64,000 nt of DNA from Deltaproteobacteria bacterium (GTDB lineage Bacteria > Myxococcota_A > Polyangia > Fen-1088): positions 1-64,000 of the forward strand of contig JANRKS010000040.1 of the NCBI GenBank assembly GCA_033763315.1, given 5' to 3'. Below are positions 59,596-64,000 of this stretch, in pieces. Under the pieces are notes generated by a model. It ran no database searches, was not told the origin of the DNA, and was given only the letters and a program-made list of their open reading frames with translations. A program made the position numbers and the translations under genes. Numbering within the stretch: the first letter of the stretch is position 1; the number at the start of each line of letters is the position of its first letter.

Positions 59596-61815
59596 ATGGA
59601 GCCATCACCTGATCTGGCGCGAACCTGCACCGCGCTTCAGATTTGTTTCGCCCTGGTGTTGTGCGTCAGTTTCGTCGCCTGCGGCGCCCGCGGGGGCAGC
59701 ACGGATGGCGTTGGTGGCAACGCTGGCACGGGGGGAGGCGGTGGCGGCGGCGGAGCGTCCGTAGACGCTTCTGCGCAAGACGGTTTTGTCTTCGACACCG
59801 ACACGCGCGTCATGCCCGACGGCGGCGCGTGCACTCCCATCACCTGCGAACAGGCGGGTGGAAAATACTGCGGCCGAATTGGCGACGGCTGTGGCGGCGC
59901 GCTTGAATGCGGCGGTTGCGTCGATGGCCAGACCTGCGGCGGCGGCGGCCGAACCAGCGTTTGTGGTGCACCGCCCGATCCGAACTGCAAGCCACTAACC
60001 TGCGATCAACCCGGAGGCAAATTGTGCGGCAGCCTGGGCGATGGTTGTGGCGGTGCGCTTGAATGCGGCGGCTGCAGCGACGGCAAAACCTGTGGCGGTG
60101 GCGGGCTGCCCGGCGTGTGCGGGTTACCGCCTGATCCTTCCTGTAAGAAGCTCACGTGTGAACAAGCCGGTGGAAAATTGTGCGGCAAAGTTGGCGATGG
60201 TTGTGGCGGCCTCATGGATTGCGGCGGATGCCCGGGAACGTTCACGTGCGGCGGCGCCGGCACGCCCGGCGTGTGTGGCCCCGCGCCGGGCACATGCACG
60301 CCGCGCACCTGCCAGCAAGACAGCTGGAAATACTGCGGCAGCATTGGCAATGGCTGTGGCGGCACGCTCAATTGTGGCGGTTGCAGCGCGCCCGACACCT
60401 GTGGCGGCGATCCCCGCGCGCCAAGCGCTTGCGGACAAGATCGCTGCAAAAACTTGTGCTTGAAGCAAACCAGCTGCCCCAATGGTGGAACCACTTCGGT
60501 CAGTGGCGTGGTTGTGGCTCCCACGCTGCCAAAATACGGTACGCCCGATCCGATCTATAACGCTCTTGTCTTCGTGCCCAACGAACCAGTCAAACCGTTC
60601 ACATCTAAAATCATGTGTGAAAGCTGCGAAGCACAGGTGACCGGCGCCCCATTGGTGGCCACCACCAGCGGCGCCGATGGCAAGTTCACGCTGACGAACG
60701 TTCCCGTGGGTGACAACATCCCGCTTGTGATTCAACTTGGGCGTTGGCGACGTCAGGTTGTGATCCCGAAAGTGCAGGCGTGCAAGAACAACGCTCTGAC
60801 CACTGAATTGACCCGCTTTCCGCGCAACAAGACCGAAGGCGATATTCCTCAGTTTGCCTTGGCCACGGGCAAGGTGGATGCGATTGAATGCGTGCTCCAC
60901 AAAATGGGCATCGATCAATCTGAGTTCAGCCCGCCCTCGCAAAGCGGCCGTGTGCACGTGTATCAACAAAACGGCGTGATCCAGCAGCAGAACGGTACGA
61001 AAGTCACGCCTGCGGAAAGCCAGTTGTGGAGCAGCGCCTCCACGCTTGAAAAATACGACATTGTTGTGATGCCATGCCGTGGGGGGGCTGACGCCCCCGC
61101 AGGTGCAAACACACAGCGCATCGTTGATTATGCGAATGGCGGCGGACGCTTTTTCGCCACGCACTACAGCTACACGTGGTTGACGTGGATGCTTAAGGCC
61201 GCACAGAAAGGTTACCCCGTGGGCGCGTTGCCCATCTGGACGGGCAACCTAGACACACGGCCTGCGGACTGGATGCAGCGCATTTTCGAGCCCACCCTGG
61301 TGGACCAAAGCACTGACAAGGGCAAAGCATTTTACAGCTGGCTCGCAAACGTCAACGCACTCAATGGCACGGATCCAGGCGACATTGGCATTCAAGACTT
61401 CCGCACCGATCTCACTTCGATCGATGCGCCTGCCACGCGCTATCTCTACACCGACGCCACGATGAAGGCCGTGACGGTGCAACAATTTGATCTGGGCATG
61501 CCGTGGACCGCGGCCCCGGCGAACCAATGCGGCAAGGTGGTTTTCAGTGACTTCCACGTCTCTGAAAAAGACAATCTCACCGACAAGGTGTTGTTCTCGT
61601 CAGACAATTGCAACGACTTAGCGATGCGGCCGCAAGAGAAGGTGCTCGAGTTCTTGTTGTTCGATATCGCTTCTTGCGTGAAGCCGCTTGAGCTGCCACC
61701 ACCCCCACCACCGCCTCCGGCCGCACCGCCGGGCCAGCCACCTGCGGCGCCGCCAATGGCGCCCATGGCACCCCCGCCAGCACCGCCGCCCTTGCCCCCA
61801 CCGCCGCCCCTATAG
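59596..61815 (+). CDS. Cys/Gly-repeat lipoprotein with carboxypeptidase-regulatory-like domain and poly-Pro tail
   Basis: Four C.Q.GGK.CG..GDGCGG.L.CGGC repeats; GKFTLTNVP, QLGRWRR, FSDFHV; start approximate. Confidence 0.85.
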   Translation: MEPSPDLARTCTALQICFALVLCVSFVACGARGGSTDGVGGNAGTGGGGGGGGASVDASAQDGFVFDTDTRVMPDGGACTPITCEQAGGKYCGRIGDGCGGALECGGCVDGQTCGGGGRTSVCGAPPDPNCKPLTCDQPGGKLCGSLGDGCGGALECGGCSDGKTCGGGGLPGVCGLPPDPSCKKLTCEQAGGKLCGKVGDGCGGLMDCGGCPGTFTCGGAGTPGVCGPAPGTCTPRTCQQDSWKYCGSIGNGCGGTLNCGGCSAPDTCGGDPRAPSACGQDRCKNLCLKQTSCPNGGTTSVSGVVVAPTLPKYGTPDPIYNALVFVPNEPVKPFTSKIMCESCEAQVTGAPLVATTSGADGKFTLTNVPVGDNIPLVIQLGRWRRQVVIPKVQACKNNALTTELTRFPRNKTEGDIPQFALATGKVDAIECVLHKMGIDQSEFSPPSQSGRVHVYQQNGVIQQQNGTKVTPAESQLWSSASTLEKYDIVVMPCRGGADAPAGANTQRIVDYANGGGRFFATHYSYTWLTWMLKAAQKGYPVGALPIWTGNLDTRPADWMQRIFEPTLVDQSTDKGKAFYSWLANVNALNGTDPGDIGIQDFRTDLTSIDAPATRYLYTDATMKAVTVQQFDLGMPWTAAPANQCGKVVFSDFHVSEKDNLTDKVLFSSDNCNDLAMRPQEKVLEFLLFDIASCVKPLELPPPPPPPPAAPPGQPPAAPPMAPMAPPPAPPPLPPPPPL

Positions 61816-61912
61816 CCTGGAACACTGACGCGTCTGGCGCCCGATTCATGTGGCGCCAGACATCGTCGTACTTGCAAGGCAACAAGCCCCACCAGGAAGA
61901 CGCGCCCGCGGA

Positions 61913-62545
61913 CTAACGACACCACAACCCACAAGTTGTGCCGCCGAATGATCCCGGCGGCCGAATGGCGGTGGCGATGCAACCTTCGGGCGACGACTCA
62001 AACTCAACGTCGACGCCCAACGGCACCTCATCCTTGCACGAGAGCTGGCGCTCGAAAACGCGAAAGCCGTTGAACGTCTGCACCACAAGGTATTGGCCTT
62101 GCCTTCCGGCGTACGCCAAGAGCGCACCCGTGCGCGGTGACACCGAACGTGAATCCGGCGTCACCAGCGGGCGACACAAAACCGCGCAGGTTTCATGCGT
62201 GGAAGGATCAAACAAACGGTTGTGCGTGCATGCCTCCGCAAATTGCGAGAGGCGCACCAACGCGCCTTGCTGGGTGTGTTCACAGCCTTGTCCTTCAAAC
62301 AGGTGCAACCCCGTTTGCGTGGCAACGAGGAAGAGCTCCCCTTGCGACGCCATTTCCACGCGGCCTTCCTCTTGTCCAACGTCGCTCCAGTTCTGGTTGT
62401 CGCGCGGCCCTGACGGAAGCTCGCCTTCGATGGCCGCCGGTGCAGATCCCTCAACCACATGAGAGGGCGGCGTGGGGGGCACCGAAACGCACGCGACGAG
62501 AACAACGGCGAAACCCAATGCGTGCAGCAACATTCCAAAGGGCAT
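61913..62545 (-). CDS. hypothetical lipoprotein with internal duplication
   Basis: Lipobox LVAC; two related Cys-containing halves; start 62545 or 62533. Confidence 0.6.
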   Translation of the reverse strand: MPFGMLLHALGFAVVLVACVSVPPTPPSHVVEGSAPAAIEGELPSGPRDNQNWSDVGQEEGRVEMASQGELFLVATQTGLHLFEGQGCEHTQQGALVRLSQFAEACTHNRLFDPSTHETCAVLCRPLVTPDSRSVSPRTGALLAYAGRQGQYLVVQTFNGFRVFERQLSCKDEVPLGVDVEFESSPEGCIATAIRPPGSFGGTTCGLWCR

Positions 62546-62549
62546 ACCA

Positions 62550-62756
62550 TTGTGTGGCACCGCCATCCACGACAACACGGCCAATGAAGGCGGCGGCGCC
62601 ATTTTCTTCGTGAGCAACGATCGGACAGGCTCGCTGGTGATCAAGGACTCAGTGCTCACCGCTAACCTCAGCAAGGGCTTCGAGACACAGGGCTTCCCCG
62701 GCATCTTTGTGCTCGCGAAATCGGCGCCCGAGGTCACAGGCTCGACGATTACGAAG
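62550..62756 (+). pseudogene. C-terminal remnant of a beta-helix (Pmp-like GGAI) protein
   Basis: LCGTAIHDNTANEGGGAIFFVSNDRTGSLVIKDSVLTAN...GFPGIF with no plausible start. Confidence 0.55.
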
Positions 62757-62771
62757 TGGCCGTCGCTCGCG

Positions 62772-64000
62772 TTAAGGTGCGCGCAGAGGAAACAAAATCT
62801 GCTGCGACCATTCCTTCGCTTGTTTCTCCGGCAAAAACGCCAAACCTGTGATCGGCACAAGCGTATAAGCAGAGAACTTGTAATGGGCTTTCGGTAACAC
62901 ACGCGCCTTTGCGACATCCTCAAAGGGCAGTCCAGGCTCCTTTCCGGGGCGAAGCGCGCCCATCACCAAGGGGCCATGGCGAAAGCCACGCACGCCAGGC
63001 AAACGCGAAGCATTGATGGATTCCACCGCTCGCAGCGTGATGGGGAACTTGATATCGATGGTTTGCCCCGCCGCCAGTGGCTGAGGCAACCGCAGCCATC
63101 CGTTTTCCAGGGTGTGAGCCACAATGGCGCCTTTCAATTTCACAACCACGCGGCTGGCGTCGACCCACGAAGGCATGAACACTTGCAGGCGTGCCCCGGC
63201 GGGCGCCTGATGAACACGCACTTGCGCTTGGCCTGTGATGGGGAAGGCCGTGTTGACTGAGAACGCCAGCGCGCCGGCGGGCAGTTCCAGTTTTGCTGAA
63301 AAGCTTTGCAGCGTCGTCAAAGCCACGTCGTTGCCTTTGGTGGCCACCTGCCACACAGACGCCTTGGCCATCCCTTCACCGCCACGCATGGAACAGCAAG
63401 CGAAGGCCTCAAAAATGTCTTTGTATGGGGCCAAGTAGGGGCTGCCATTCGATCCTGGGCACGTGTCGCAGCCGAAACCGCCATTGGGCCGCTGGTTAAA
63501 GCCAATGCCGTTGAAGTAGATGTTCTGCGCGTCTTCCAGGTAGGCAACGTTCTCGGTGGCTTGCCACAGCAGCATCGCAACATCGAAGGAATCGATAATG
63601 GCGCAGCCTTCGGTCCAACGAGGCTTTCCAAACCAGTTGTCGTTGGCAAAGTGATCGGTCATCGCGTGTTGTTTGTAGGTGGTAAACACCTTCTCCGCGA
63701 TGGCCACGAGAGCGTTTCGTTTTGAGAGGCGCGCAAACCTCAAGATAGCGCGCGCCGCCGACAAAGACGCATGCGTCTGCGCACCCACAACTTGCAAATC
63801 GATCATGGCAAAACGTTTGATCATGATCTGGATCAACGACTCCAACGCGTCAGTAGGTGCAAGCTCATGCGCACTTGTGGCGCCGTCGAGCATGATGAAC
63901 GCGCAGCCGATGTCGCTCGACAAACGCCACCCATCAACAACGGCGCCCACGATCGTGCCATCTGCTTTTTCGGTTTGTGGCCGGTTCGCCGCTGAAATGG
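62772..64000 (-). CDS. GH127-like (beta-L-arabinofuranosidase family) protein, 5' end outside window
   Basis: EGC, ACCSMRG, TAFPITG, FMPSW, GPLVM motifs; frame appears to run to the window edge. Confidence 0.75.
   Translation of the reverse strand, partial: ISAANRPQTEKADGTIVGAVVDGWRLSSDIGCAFIMLDGATSAHELAPTDALESLIQIMIKRFAMIDLQVVGAQTHASLSAARAILRFARLSKRNALVAIAEKVFTTYKQHAMTDHFANDNWFGKPRWTEGCAIIDSFDVAMLLWQATENVAYLEDAQNIYFNGIGFNQRPNGGFGCDTCPGSNGSPYLAPYKDIFEAFACCSMRGGEGMAKASVWQVATKGNDVALTTLQSFSAKLELPAGALAFSVNTAFPITGQAQVRVHQAPAGARLQVFMPSWVDASRVVVKLKGAIVAHTLENGWLRLPQPLAAGQTIDIKFPITLRAVESINASRLPGVRGFRHGPLVMGALRPGKEPGLPFEDVAKARVLPKAHYKFSAYTLVPITGLAFLPEKQAKEWSQQILFPLRAP

Noticed and set aside
60124-61164. 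346 aa minus-strand ORF
   Set aside because: Antisense shadow of the Cys/Gly repeat gene
62546-62923. N-terminal extension of ORF 61913-62923
   Set aside because: Overlaps the GH127-like 3' end and is antisense to the beta-helix remnant; the lipoprotein signal starts near 62533-62545

Overview
Bacterial DNA with myxobacterial-style gene content (inference from Hanks-type kinases, EGF/TNFR-like Cys-rich proteins and an ECF module). Bases 1 to ~12.5 kb are the decaying distal part of an integron cassette array. It has short co-oriented genes separated by a family of ~130 bp attC-like sites and no integrase in the window. It also carries a toxin-inactivated TA cassette, gene remnants, and a complete 3,279 bp four-gene IS21 element with 6 bp target duplication splitting one cassette gene. 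The most striking signal is a conserved sigma70-like promoter pattern (TAGACA-N17/18-GACAAT, spacer free in sequence but fixed in length) inside eight attC copies, facing the next cassette. The rest is accessory chromosomal content: a 5'-nucleotidase/PPIase/DUF1549-1553/DUF1501 cluster, an AAA-DUF4143 gene behind 4x23 bp repeats, CAZymes, an ECF-sigma module, a cNMP-PilZ-like fusion and a minimal NB-ARC protein. It also includes a tightly coupled operon of a MauG-like di-heme enzyme, an OM beta-barrel, a cupredoxin and a membrane Ser/Thr kinase. All calls are by-eye motif recognition; no searches were run.
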